A stretch of 64,000 bases of DNA from an uncultured Gemmataceae bacterium (GTDB lineage: Bacteria > Planctomycetota > Planctomycetia > Gemmatales > Gemmataceae). The stretch spans positions 32,001-96,000 of the forward strand of contig CAVVPN010000009.1 in NCBI GenBank assembly GCA_963750165.1, read 5' to 3'. Below are positions 12,901 through 24,875 of this stretch, in pieces. The stretch's first letter is position 1, and each line of letters begins with the position of its first letter. Both the position numbers and the translations under genes were made by a program. The notes below the pieces were generated by a model. It ran no database searches. It worked only from the letters and a program-made list of their open reading frames with translations, and was not told where the DNA came from.

Positions 12901-13538
12901 GCCTCCGGGAAGCCCTGCCGCTGCTCGAAGAAGCCTACCGGGCCTCCAGGAAGTACCCCAACTTGAGCTGGGTCGCCAGGTCATTGCAGAACGCCTACGC
13001 GAGAACAGGTGAGATCGCCAGGCTCGCGGACCTGCTCCTGGAACAGTTGCACGCGGCTCGGAAAACGCTGCCCCGTGACAGCCCAGAACTGGCCCGCAGG
13101 CTCACGGACTTGCTCCTGGAACAGTTGCCCGAAACCCGGAAGACACTGCCCCGTGACGGCCCCGAACTGGCCAAACGGCTCGCCCAGATCGGCTGGGGAC
13201 TGCTGGAGCAGAAACGATGGGCCGAGGCCGAGCCACTGCTCCGCGAGTCCCTGACCATCCGCGCGAAGACACAGCCCGACGCCTGGAACACCTTCAGCAC
13301 GCAAGCGATGTTCGGCGGGGCGCTTCTGGGCCAGAAGAAGTACGCCGACGCCGAACCACATCTGCGGAAAGGCTACGCGGGGATGAAGCAACGCGAAAAG
13401 CTGATCCCGTCGGTTGCAAAAAAAATTCTGCCCGAAGCCATCGACCGGTTGATCGAGCTGTACACGGTGACGAACAGGCCGGACGAGGTGAAGCAGTGGC
13501 GGGCCGAGCGGGCGAAGTACCCGTCCGCGAAGAAATGA
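9948..13538 (+). CDS. Ser/Thr protein kinase with TM segment and 42-aa TPR array
   Basis: GEGGFG, HRDLKPSN, DFG, GTPLYMSPEQ, hydrophobic segment, then ten (L/F/R)GxDHPxTL-type repeats. Confidence 0.93.
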   Translation: MPADLQKARELFLHAVGKLPPEQWDGYVREACGGDTELERQVGYLLQVHREVGSFLERPAAAVGATGAFLPVPGEEVAAVPLSERPGTVIGPYKLLEQIGEGGFGVVFLAQQTQPVRRQVALKVLKPGMDTRQVVARFEAERQALALMNHPNIARVLDGGQTRSGRPYFVMDLVKGLPITEYCDQAKLTPRERLELFVPLCQAVQHAHQKGIIHRDLKPSNVLVAVHDTYPVVKVIDFGVAKALGQELTDKTLFTGFAQMIGTPLYMSPEQAGQSSLDVDTRSDTYSLGVLLYELLTGTTPFDKERLRTVGYDEIRRVIREEEPLRPSTRISTLGQAKATVSANRKSDPKRLGQLMRGELDWIVMKALEKDRNRRYETANGFAMDVQRYLAGEPVLAAPASHWYRLRKFVRRNRGSVIAASLVLLVLVFGVIGTTVGMFEANRAAAAERQATNHALEQKHLAEQAVEQERQAKAREAQRADGEQKEKVKAERNLAFARKANEILGAVFAALDPTQIAESGRPLQDVLRENLSRAVKELEGSAIGDPLEVAAMQNNLGLSLLGLGEYALAIEVFGKALQTRQAQLGADHPDTLTSKHNLAAGYQAAWQLDKALPLYRETLQLMKPKLGPDHPTTLTTMNNLAMTYEEAGQLDKALPLLEKTFELTKAKLGLDHPNTLGCMNNLAMGYQAAWQLDKALPLFRETLQLRQDKLGADHPDTLISMNNLAAGYQAAWQLDKALPLFRETLQLMKVKLGPDHPRTLATMNTLAGCYKVAGQLNLALPLFEETLKLRQAKFGPDHPRTLATMNELAGGYMDARQLDKALPLYQETLQLRKVKRGPDHPNTLGSMNDLALCYQVARQFDKALPLYQETLELMKEKLGPDHPITLATMNNLGMAYQEDGQLDKALPLLKETLELTEAKRGPDHPNTLGCMNNLGVTYWRLKRLDQSIPLFERTLPLQEKLLGRQRPQTQLTVANLGVNYLDAGRLREALPLLEEAYRASRKYPNLSWVARSLQNAYARTGEIARLADLLLEQLHAARKTLPRDSPELARRLTDLLLEQLPETRKTLPRDGPELAKRLAQIGWGLLEQKRWAEAEPLLRESLTIRAKTQPDAWNTFSTQAMFGGALLGQKKYADAEPHLRKGYAGMKQREKLIPSVAKKILPEAIDRLIELYTVTNRPDEVKQWRAERAKYPSAKK
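11698..12900 (+). repeat. 126-bp tandem coding repeats (about 10 TPR units)
   Basis: GxDHP motif recurs every 126 nt from ~11698 to ~12832. Confidence 0.85.
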
Positions 13539-13725
13539 GCCGCGCTGAGTTGAGAAAATAAAGCAGCCGTGAAAAGCCGCCTTTGTGCGGCAAATCGGAA
13601 GGCCGGTGAGGTTCTTACCGCCAAGCAAGCCCTCACCGGCCCGGCACCGCCCCGGCGCTCGGTCTGCGCCGGCAGCGATGACGTTTTCATTGTATCGCAG
13701 ACCAGCTCTCGAAAGGAGACGTATC

Positions 13726-15143
13726 ATGTTATTCTCTTCCTGGCTGCGAAACTGGAAGGGCGCCGCGCCGCAGCGCGCCGGCGCACGCAAACAACCGTGC
13801 GTCAACGGGTCAGCAGCCGCCCGCGGCTGGAAGCGCTCGAAGATCGCCTGGTGCCAGCGACGGCCATCGTGCCGACCAGTCTGGTATCCGACAACACCTC
13901 GTTCACTCCGGCCCAGGTTCAGGATCCGAACCTGGTCAACCCCTGGGGGCTGGCCGCCAGTCCCACCGGCGCGTGGTGGGTGGCCAACGAGGGCACGGGC
14001 ACCAGTACCGTGTACAACACCTCGACTTCGCCAGCCAGGGTCGAGTCGTTGGTTGTCAACATTCCGCCCAACCCCGCGGACAGTCCGCTGCCGGCGCACG
14101 GTTCGCCGACTGGTATCGTCTACAACACCAGCGGCAGGGGGTTCAACGTCTCCGAAAACGGCCACACCGGCTCCAGCGAGTTCCTGTTCGCCACCGTCGA
14201 TGGCACCATCTCCGGTTGGAGTCCCGGGGTGGACGGCACCCATGCCATCATCGGGGCGACCAACACCGGCGCGGTCTACCTCGGCCTGGCCATCGCCTCG
14301 GATGGCCACGGCCACGCGCTGCTGTATGCGTCCGATTTCGCCAGGGGCACCATCGACGTGTACGATCAGAACTTCCATCTGGTAACGACCCTGTCCGGCA
14401 ACTTCACCGACTCTCAATTGCCGAGCAATTACCATCCGTTCAACATCCAGGCCATCGATAACAATCTCTACGTCGAATACGCCCCGGCCGACGCGGTCCT
14501 CGGCGGGACGGCAGCTCCGGGCTACGGCGCTGTCGATGTCTACAACGCCGACGGCCAGTTACAGCAGCGGCTGATCCAGCCCAACAACCCCCACCTCAAT
14601 GAGCCGTGGGCAATCGCGAAAGCCCCCGCGAACTTTGGCAGCTTCAGCAACGATCTGCTGGTCGGCAATTTCGGCGATGGCCACATCAACGCCTACAATC
14701 CGCACAGCGGCGCTTTCGTCGGCGAGCTGAATGACGCCAACGGCCAGCCGATCGCCCTCACGCACCTGTGGGGGCTGGCGTTCGGCAATGGCGGCGCCGC
14801 CGGCCCCAGGAACACGCTGTACTTCACAGCCGGCCTGACCTCGCACCTGGCCCCCAGCAACAACCCGTTCCACGGCCTGTTTGGCTCGCTGCAAGTGGCG
14901 CGGGGCCACGAGGGAGACCACCACCACGGTCCGCCAAACTATACATGGATCCTGTCCTCCCCGACAATGCCGTCCAACGATCTGCTTGAGCAACAGCTGG
15001 CCGCGATCTTCCAGGAGTTTGATGCGATCTTGGGGTCGCTGGACGCGAACCTCACCGCGACGAATACGCAACTGTCTGGCTTCCTCGCGCAGCTCAATGC
15101 GAACCTGGCCGCGCTGGAATCCGCCAGTCCCAGCTGGATGTAA
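13726..15143 (+). CDS. TIGR03118-family protein with LEPR-XLL N-terminus (frameshift near 13785)
   Basis: GAAAGGAG RBS, MLFSSWLRNWK, then RPRLEALEDRLVPA, DPNLVNPWGL, LLVGNFGDGHINAY, HGLFGSL. Confidence 0.85.
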
Positions 15144-15966
15144 ACGCGCCGTCTGGCGATGATGGGACGGCCGCCACTGGGCTTGCTCCTACACAGGAAG
15201 GGCACGCAAAAGCTCACCGTCACCGACAGCCTCAGCGTCGGCTGAGGTCAGTACCGGGGGCGCTCACTGGAGACGGCAGCGGGTGGTTTTCTACGCCCGT
15301 TGCCGTCTACAATTGCCACCGCCTGAAACGGGTCACGGGTGGGTTGAACGGTTGCGGCGGCTCTTTAAGTCCTTCGCTGGGTCGAACCGATCCGCGGACG
15401 CCGAGCAGCTCGGGGTGACTGGTTCCTTTCCCCACCGGGCGCGCATTTGCAAGAAAACCAGGCGCGCCGCGCCCGGCCGGGTCGGCTGGCGATGGGAGGA
15501 GGCGGTGGAGCGCGCGCGGGGAGTGGCACGACGGGACAAGGGCTGACGCCGTCTGGCAGAGCAAGGGGGCCAAGGGAGCCAAGAATGCCAACTTTTTTAC
15601 ACGTCGAGATTCGGCACCCCTATCGGCCCCGCGCCACCCCGGGAGGCGGCTGCGGTCCCGCCGAAAGCTGCAAGCAAATCGCCGGGAGCCGGTGGTTCAC
15701 GGGCCCAGGAAGGGCGGCGACGCGCAGTCGCGCCGTCCTGGAGTTGTCGCCAGCGCGCTGGTGGTTTCCCCGCCCGATTCGAGATTCCGTCCGCGTACGG
15801 GCCGGCCGTCTTCCATCTCCAACGTCCAACGGACACTCGCCTGATTCGCCAGCCGTTCGCCCGCGTCCATCTCCAAAAGCTTGTTGGCCCGGTTCACGCC
15901 CTCCCACCAGGCGCCGGTGGTTCCAGTGGTGGGGTCGATTTCAACGCGCAGGGTGCCGCCAAGGAT

Positions 15967-18585
15967 TCACTCCAGCGCAATCGCTTCCGGGATGCGCACG
16001 CGCACCGCGTGCAGTGCCGGCCCCAGGCCCGCCAGCGACGCCGTCGCCAGCGACGCCGCCGCGATCAGCAGCGCCTCGCCCCACGGGATATACACCGGAA
16101 ACGCAAAGCCCGTTTCCTCCGGGAAGATCACCTGCAGCGCATACCACTGCAACGGCACCCCAACCGCCAGGCCGATCAGCGTGCCGATCACGCCCATCAG
16201 CGCCGCCTCCGCCAGCACCGAACGCACCACCTGCGCCTGCAATGCGCCAATGGCCCGCAGCAGTCCCATCTCACGGCGGCGCTGCAGCACCGAGATCAGC
16301 AGCGCCGTCACCACGCCCAGCGCCGCCACGAACATCACCACCAGCTGCTGGCCGTAGGCGATGCCGAACAGCCGCTCGATGGTCGTGTCGATGTGTTTCT
16401 GCAACTCCGACCGCGACAGCACCACCAAACCATTCTCCGCGCCCAGGCGACGCAGGATGTCCTCCTGGGCCTTCGCCACGTCGGTCCCGGGGACCAGGTA
16501 CACGTCGAAGATGTCCACGCCGCGCGTGTTCTGCCAGTGCCGCTCGTAGAAACTCTGGTTGACGATGATGGTGCCGTGGTTCCACGAGTAATCGACCAGC
16601 TTGCCGACCACACGCAGCTTCACCGCCGGACTCGTCAGCGTGATCGTGTCGCCGACGTTGACCTTGTGCAGGTAGGCGAAGTTGTCGGAAATCAGCACGC
16701 CGTCCGCCGCCGCGCTCAGCACCCGATACAGTTCCACGTCGGCGACGGCCTGGGGGCGATGCGTGTCCGTGTGGTAGTAGTCGGCGGCGTTCAGCGCGAT
16801 CAGCAGCACCTGCGTGTCGCGGTAGAACTGCTTGCGCAGCTGCACCGGCAACGCCTCCTCGACGCCGGGGATGGCCTTGAGCCGCTCGCGCAATCCCGGG
16901 TCCATCGGCTGGCCGCGATTGCCGGAGCTGACCGGGCTGTCACTGGTCACCACCAGATCCGCAGCAATCGACTCCTGCACCCAGTCACGCAGCGCCTGCC
17001 GGTTGCTGCGAATGACGCCGGCGGTCTGCATCACCAGCGCGACGCCCGCCGCCAGTGCCGCGATCACCACGCCGGTGCGACCGGGGGCGCGCACGATGTT
17101 ATCCGCGGCCAGCCGGCCCTCGATGCCCAGGCAGCGCCGCGCTAGCGGTTGCAGCAGCCACGCCAGGCTGGCCGTCAACAGCGGCGTTGCCAGCAGCGCC
17201 GCGATCAGCACCAGGGCCAGGCCGCCGTACAGGCCGACGCGCTGCGGCAAATACTCGCGCACCAGAATGCTGCCACAACCCAGCAGCAGCAGCGCGGCGC
17301 TGCCGGCCAGCTGCGCCAGGCGATAGCTCCATGTCGGCGCCGCGGGGATGCGACGCACCGCGGCGGCCGGCTTCTCACGCGACGCGGCGATGGTCGGCAC
17401 CAGCGCCGCCAGCACCGCCGTGCCGACGCCGGCGGCCAGCGCCGTCAACAACAGCCGCCAGCTGACCTCGACGCGCCGTGCCTCCACCGGCAAGAAAATG
17501 TTGCTGACCGTTTCCTGCATCGGCTCCAGCGCCAGTTGCGCGAACAGTACGCCCAGCGGGATGCCGAGCAGCGAGCCGACCAGGCCGAGCAGCGCCGCCT
17601 CGCTGCCGAACAGCCGGCGGATCTGGCCGCGCGTGGCCCCGACGGCGAGCAGAATGCCGATCTCGTGGCGGCGCTCGGCGACGCTGACCGACAGCGCGTT
17701 GTAGACCAGGAACAGGCCGACCACCAGCGCCGCGACTCCGCACAGCAGCAGGCCGACCTGCATGCTGGCCATGACGTTCTGCACCGACTGGCTCTGCTCG
17801 TCGGGCGTGCGCACGGCGGCCCGGCCGTGCAGCAGCGCCTCGACGCGCCGGCGCACCGCGTCGCGGTCGGCGCCTGGCGCGAGCACGAGGTCGATGCGCG
17901 TGACCTGGCCCGGCTTGAGGCCAACCACGCGCGCCGCCGCGGGCAAATCGAGAATCACCAGATTGCCGCCCAGCGCCGCCGCCGGCCCCTGCGCGGTGAC
18001 GCTGGCGATGCGGACCACGTCCACCGGCTCCTTCTGCCGGGCCGCCTTGAGCGTCAAGTTCTCGTAGTCTTTCCCTTTGGCCTGGTCGATGGCGTCTGCA
18101 AGCACCTTGCCCAGGATGACGGGCCTGCCCAGGAAGCCTTTGGCGTAGAACCTGTTTTTCAACGCGTCCCCGTCCGGCTCGACGGTCCAGGGCGACGAGC
18201 CCTGGCCGCCGTCCGCCGTTTCCTCCTTGAAATCCAGGCCAATCAACAGGGCCGCGGAGTTGGGCAGGTCGAGGGGGCTTCCCTTGGCGTCAAGGACCCG
18301 CACTTTCTCGAAGATGCGCGGCCGGGCGGCCTGCACGCCTTCGATGGCGGCCACTTCCTTCGCCAGGCTGCGGTCGAGGGGAGCGTCGCCGTTGGTCACG
18401 AGCAGATCGACGGCGCCGGCCAGGGGGTTGGCGGCGACCTGCGCCGCCTGCGCCATGGTCTGGTTGAGGGCCCGCGTGGCCACGAGCATGCTGACGCCCG
18501 CGGCGATGCTGAGGACGATGAGCAGCGCCCGCACCCAGCGCCGCCGCAGATAACGCCAGCTAAGGGTGGTGTAGACGGATAACAT
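15967..18585 (-). CDS. ABC transporter permease, FtsX/MacB-like (duplicated)
   Basis: 872 aa with two copies of the (E/Q)RRxE(I/M)GxLxAxGA motif plus TM bundles. Confidence 0.9.
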   Translation of the reverse strand: MLSVYTTLSWRYLRRRWVRALLIVLSIAAGVSMLVATRALNQTMAQAAQVAANPLAGAVDLLVTNGDAPLDRSLAKEVAAIEGVQAARPRIFEKVRVLDAKGSPLDLPNSAALLIGLDFKEETADGGQGSSPWTVEPDGDALKNRFYAKGFLGRPVILGKVLADAIDQAKGKDYENLTLKAARQKEPVDVVRIASVTAQGPAAALGGNLVILDLPAAARVVGLKPGQVTRIDLVLAPGADRDAVRRRVEALLHGRAAVRTPDEQSQSVQNVMASMQVGLLLCGVAALVVGLFLVYNALSVSVAERRHEIGILLAVGATRGQIRRLFGSEAALLGLVGSLLGIPLGVLFAQLALEPMQETVSNIFLPVEARRVEVSWRLLLTALAAGVGTAVLAALVPTIAASREKPAAAVRRIPAAPTWSYRLAQLAGSAALLLLGCGSILVREYLPQRVGLYGGLALVLIAALLATPLLTASLAWLLQPLARRCLGIEGRLAADNIVRAPGRTGVVIAALAAGVALVMQTAGVIRSNRQALRDWVQESIAADLVVTSDSPVSSGNRGQPMDPGLRERLKAIPGVEEALPVQLRKQFYRDTQVLLIALNAADYYHTDTHRPQAVADVELYRVLSAAADGVLISDNFAYLHKVNVGDTITLTSPAVKLRVVGKLVDYSWNHGTIIVNQSFYERHWQNTRGVDIFDVYLVPGTDVAKAQEDILRRLGAENGLVVLSRSELQKHIDTTIERLFGIAYGQQLVVMFVAALGVVTALLISVLQRRREMGLLRAIGALQAQVVRSVLAEAALMGVIGTLIGLAVGVPLQWYALQVIFPEETGFAFPVYIPWGEALLIAAASLATASLAGLGPALHAVRVRIPEAIALE

Positions 18586-19288
18586 GCTGGCGTCCTCGCA
18601 CCGGTTCTTCCGCGTCCACGCGGCCGTCCTTGATGTGGACGACGCGGTCGCCGTAACTGGCCGCCTGGGCGTCGTGCGTCACCATCACCACCGAGCGCAG
18701 GCCCGGCTCGGGGATGCTGCGCAACAGCCGCAGGATGTCGGTGCTGGTCGCGGAGTCGAGGTTGCCGGTCGGCTCGTCGCACAGAACCGCCTCGGGCTCG
18801 ATCACCAGCGCCCGCGCGATGGCCACGCGCTGCATTTCGCCGCCGGACAGCTCGTCGGGGAAATGGCTTGCCCGCTCGCGTAAACCGACGCGCTCCAGCA
18901 CCTCGTCGGCAGGCTTGAGGGCCAGGCTGCGGCGCATCCCCGCCAGCAGCAGCGGCAGCGCCACGTTCTCGACCGCGGTCAGCGTCGGCAGCAGGTTGAA
19001 GAATTGAAAGATGAAGCCGATTTTCGTGCGGCGCAGTTCGGCCTGCTCGCGGTCGGACATGCTGGACAGGTCACGGCCGCGGAACAGCACGCGGCCGCTG
19101 GTGGGCGTGTCCAGGGCGCCGAGCAGGTGCATGAGCGTGGACTTGCCGGAGCCGGACGGTCCCATGATCGAGACGAACTCACCCGCTTCAATGCGGAGAC
19201 TGACGCCGCGCACCGCCTGCACCACCCGCCGACCCTGAAGGTAGTGCTTGGTCACGTCCTGCAACTCGTGTTCTGCGCCGTGCGCCAT
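18560..19288 (-). CDS. ABC transporter ATP-binding protein (LolD/MacB-like)
   Basis: GPSGSGKS, LSGGEMQRVAIARAL, DEPTGNLD. Confidence 0.92.
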   Translation of the reverse strand: MAHGAEHELQDVTKHYLQGRRVVQAVRGVSLRIEAGEFVSIMGPSGSGKSTLMHLLGALDTPTSGRVLFRGRDLSSMSDREQAELRRTKIGFIFQFFNLLPTLTAVENVALPLLLAGMRRSLALKPADEVLERVGLRERASHFPDELSGGEMQRVAIARALVIEPEAVLCDEPTGNLDSATSTDILRLLRSIPEPGLRSVVMVTHDAQAASYGDRVVHIKDGRVDAEEPVRGRQHVIRLHHP

Positions 19289-19306
19289 CGCGGCTCGTCT
19301 CCCGTG

Positions 19307-19372
19307 TCCGCCGCTTGCGGCCTGGCGGACAGCGTCATCGATGAGGCTGCTCGCCAAGCCGCAAGCGGCGGA
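19307..19372. repeat. REP-like inverted repeat
   Basis: TCCGCCGCTTGCGGC ... GCCGCAAGCGGCGGA, intergenic. Confidence 0.75.
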
Positions 19373-19382
19373 AAGCAATGTC

Positions 19383-21056
<1,674 letters not shown>

Positions 21057-21246
21057 GCGTACTCTCGAAGACAATGGCCAGCCCTGGGCGGACAACGTGC
21101 GGCCCTGGCGGCGTGGCAGCATCAGGTTAGCGGAGGGGGCGAAAGGCGTCAATCTGAAGAGGGCAGGGGGCCGCTTGACGCGCGGCCGCGGATGTCGTGA
21201 GATACCAGCAGGATCAAGACGGACACTTTACGGGAAAGGGCCTCCG

Positions 21247-23326
21247 GTGCGGATCACACTGCTGATGGGCACGTACATGCTGGTAGCGTTGCTGGAACCC
21301 GCGCCGCCCGCCGCGGCGGACGAGGGCATGTGGCTGTTCAACCAACCGCCCCGCGATCTGCTCAAGCAGAAGTACAACTTCGACCTGAGCGACGCCTGGC
21401 TCGACCGGGCCATGAAGGCGTCGGTGCGCTTCAACAACGGCGGCTCCGGCAGCTTCGTCTCGAAAGACGGCCTGGTCGTCACCAACCACCACATCGGCGC
21501 CGATTCGCTGCAAAAACTCAGCACGCCGAGCAAGAACTACTACCGCGACGGCTTCTACGCCAAAGCGCGCCGGGGAGTTGAAGTGCCCCGACCTGGAACT
21601 GAACGTGCTTCAGTCCATCGAGGACGTGACCGACCGGGTGCAGGCCGCGGTGACGGCGGACATGAACCCCGCCCAGGCCGCCGCCGCCCGCCGCGCCGCC
21701 ATGGCGCAGATCGAACAGGAATCGCTGACGAAGACCAAGTTGCGCAGCGACGTGGTGACGCTTTACCAGGGCGGCCAGTATCACCTGTATCGCTACAAGA
21801 AGTACACCGACGTGCGCCTGGTCATGGCGCCAGAGGCGGGCATCGCCTTCTTCGGCGGCGACACCGACAACTTCGAGTTCCCGCGCTACAACCTGGATGT
21901 CTGCTTCTTCCGCGTCTACGAGAACGGCAAGCCTGTGAAAAGCGAGCATTACTTCAAGTGGAGCCCGACCGGCCCGGTGGAGGGCGACGTGGTGTTCGTG
22001 TCCGGCCATCCCGGTTCGACCAACCGCCTGGAGACGCTGGCCCGGCTCAAGCACCGCCGCGACGTGACGCTGCCGTACACGCTGACGCGGCTGCGCTACC
22101 TGGAGGCACTGTTGCGGCAGTACGCCGAGCGCGGCCCCGAGGAGGCACGGCAGGCGGAGAAGGACCTGTACCCCGTCGCCAACGCCCGCAAGGCACTGAC
22201 GGGCCAGTATCACGGCCTGCTCGATCCGGCGATCATCGAACGCAAACAGGTGGAGGAGGAAAAACTTCAGTTCAAAATCAGTGTGGCTCACGAAATGGGC
22301 AAGCAGTACCGCGACGCCTGGAAACGCATCGCCGCGGCGCAGAAGGCACTGGCGACTTTTGAAAAGGAGTACGCCCTGCTCGAACTCGGCGACGCCTGCA
22401 ACAGCCGCTATTTCCGCATCGCCCGGACGCTGGTGCGGCTGGTCGAGGAGAAGGCGAAGCCCGACGCGCAGCGGCTGCGCGAGTACCGCGGCTCGGCGCT
22501 GGAGTCGCTGAAGTTCCAGCTATTCTCGCCGGCGCCGATTTCCGCCGACCTGGAGCGCGTCAAGCTGGCGGGTTCGCTGGCGTTCCTGGCGGAGCAACTC
22601 GGCGGCGAGCACCCGCTGGTGGTCCAGGCGCTGGCAGGCAAGTCGCCGGCGGCCCGCGCCGCGGAGTTAACCGCAGGCACGAAAGTCGGCGACCCCCAGG
22701 AGCGCCGCAAACTGGCCGATGCCGACGCAAAAACGTTGGCCCGTTCGCCGGACGCCATGATCCAGTTCGCCCGCCTGCTGGACGGCGAGGCCCGGCAGCT
22801 GCGCAAGAAGTACGAGGATGAGGTGCAGGAGGTGGAGCAGCAAGCTTACGCCCTGATCGCGCGGGCGCGCTTCAAGCTGTTCGGCAAGAGCGTCCCACCG
22901 GACGCGACCTTCACGCTGCGGCTGGCGTTTGGCGTCGTCAAGGGCTACGAGGTGGACGGCGAAAAGCTGCCGTACACGACCACGTTCGGCGGGGCGTTCG
23001 CGCGGGCGGACAAGCAGCAGCACAAGGATCCGTTCGTGCTGCCGCCGCGCTGGTTGAAGCGAAAGGCCAAGCTGGACCTGGCGACGCCGTTCAACTTCGT
23101 CTCGACGGCGGACACCATCGGCGGCAACTCCGGCAGTCCGGTGCTGAACCGCGCCGGCGAGCTGGTCGGCATCAACTTCGACCGCAACCGTCACGGCCTG
23201 GTGCGCAACTACGTCTACACCGACGAGCAGGCCCGACACATCGCCGTCCACTCACGCGGCGTGCTGGAGGCGCTGCGCGTCCTGTACGACGCCGACGCCC
23301 TGGCCAAGGAATTGACCGCGAAATAA
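21247..23326 (+). CDS. S46 family dipeptidyl peptidase (frameshift near 21570)
   Basis: ADEGMW, SGSFVS..GLVVTNHH, FGGDTDNF, IGGNSGSP. Confidence 0.88.
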
Positions 23327-23365
23327 CGAACCGCCAGGGCGCCAGGGCGCCTTGGCGATTCTGCG

Positions 23366-23752
23366 TTATTTCCACTTCAGGGTGCAGCGGTTATCGACGT
23401 TGCGGCGCTTCTGCTCGGGCTCCGGCCGGATGGTGTTGCGGATTTCCACCTTGTAAATCTGCGTCCGCACCGGCGTGAAGGTCACATGGCAGTCCTTGCC
23501 GTCGCCCACGTCGCGGGCCACCTCCGTATGGTTGTCGTCGTAAACGTACAGGTTCACGTCGGAGTCCTTCGCGCTGGTCACCCAGATTTCCGCCGGGAGG
23601 CGATACTCGAACTGGACGTAGCGCACCGCCCCCTTGCCGGACTTGATGTCGATGGTTTCAGGGTTCTGGGTCAGGCTGCCGGCACAGCCCAGGCACAGCG
23701 CCACCAGCACGACACCCAGGCCGCGTCGTACGCCAACCGTTCGCTCGCTCAT
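23366..23752 (-). CDS. Putative lipoprotein, PPC-like beta domain
   Basis: LCLGC lipobox-like motif; DVNLYVYD. Confidence 0.6.
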   Translation of the reverse strand: MSERTVGVRRGLGVVLVALCLGCAGSLTQNPETIDIKSGKGAVRYVQFEYRLPAEIWVTSAKDSDVNLYVYDDNHTEVARDVGDGKDCHVTFTPVRTQIYKVEIRNTIRPEPEQKRRNVDNRCTLKWK

Positions 23753-23884
23753 GTTCGGGCCTCCGTTGGGCGTGAAGGGTCGGCGTCAAGAACGCCCTGC
23801 TTTTTTACTGGAAACTCACGGCACACGCGCGGGTATACTGGAGAGAATCCCAGGAGACATCCCCTTTCAGGCGAGGTGCGTGCG

Positions 23885-24784
23885 ATGACAGCAGGGCGGA
23901 TCGGTTTGGCGGCGCTGGCGCTGGGGCTGCTGGTGCAGGGGTCGGCCTGTGCGGGCGGCACCAGGGCGGCCCCTGTGATGGTCGGCGGCACCTTCGAGGT
24001 CGAGAAGGCGGCCAACCTGGCTTACCACAACGGCCCGGACGCCGACGCGGTGCGGCACAAGCTGGACGTGTACTACCCCAAGGGCCAGAAGAATTACCCC
24101 GTCCTGCTGTTCATCCACGGCGGCGCCTGGACCTTCGGCAGCAAGGACATGTATGACGCACTGGGGAAAACACTCGCGAAGAACGGCATCGGTGTCGTCA
24201 TCAGCAACTACCGCCTGTCGCCGAAGGTACAGCACCCCGCGCACGTCGAGGACGTGGCTCGCGCCTTCGCCTGGACGCACAAAAACATCGGCAAGTACGG
24301 CGGCCGGGCGGACCAGCTGTTCGTCTGCGGCCACTCCGCCGGCGGCCACCTCGTCGCGCTGCTGGCCACCGACCCGCTCTACCTGAAGGCCCACGGCCTG
24401 TCGCCGGCCAACATCAAGGGCATGATCCCCATGAGCGGCGTCTACACCATCGCGCCGGTCGCCCTCTTCCACAAGGCTTTCGGCAAGGACGAGTCGAAAT
24501 ACAAGGAGGCGTCGCCGCAGCACCACGTCACCGGCAACCACCCGCCGGCCCTGATCATTTATGCCGACAAGGACTACCCGACCATCGACACCATGTCGGA
24601 AGCGTTCTGCAAGAAACTGAAAGGTTGCAAGTGCCACGCCACCACTTTCAAGGTGGCCGACCGCGACCACATCAACATCATCGTCCGGTTGGCCGCGAGC
24701 GAAACGGACCCGACCACGCAGGCGCTCCTGCGCTTCGTCGCCTCGCACAGCGGCCTGAAGTTGCGCGCGAAGAACGGCAAGTGA
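23885..24784 (+). CDS. Alpha/beta hydrolase (esterase)
   Basis: Signal peptide, HGGAW, GHSAG. Confidence 0.88.
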   Translation: MTAGRIGLAALALGLLVQGSACAGGTRAAPVMVGGTFEVEKAANLAYHNGPDADAVRHKLDVYYPKGQKNYPVLLFIHGGAWTFGSKDMYDALGKTLAKNGIGVVISNYRLSPKVQHPAHVEDVARAFAWTHKNIGKYGGRADQLFVCGHSAGGHLVALLATDPLYLKAHGLSPANIKGMIPMSGVYTIAPVALFHKAFGKDESKYKEASPQHHVTGNHPPALIIYADKDYPTIDTMSEAFCKKLKGCKCHATTFKVADRDHINIIVRLAASETDPTTQALLRFVASHSGLKLRAKNGK

Positions 24785-24875
24785 GCGACAGCTTTCGCGG
24801 TGAGGTCGTTGTGTTTCGCTCGTCTGAATGATACCCTGATTCCTGCTGCATACCCTTCAGACGGGAGGCGTTCAC

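Noticed and set aside
13585..13650. c-di-GMP-I riboswitch suggested by GGCAAA
   Set aside because: No GNRA tetraloop stem followed by GACGCAAAGC as that family requires.
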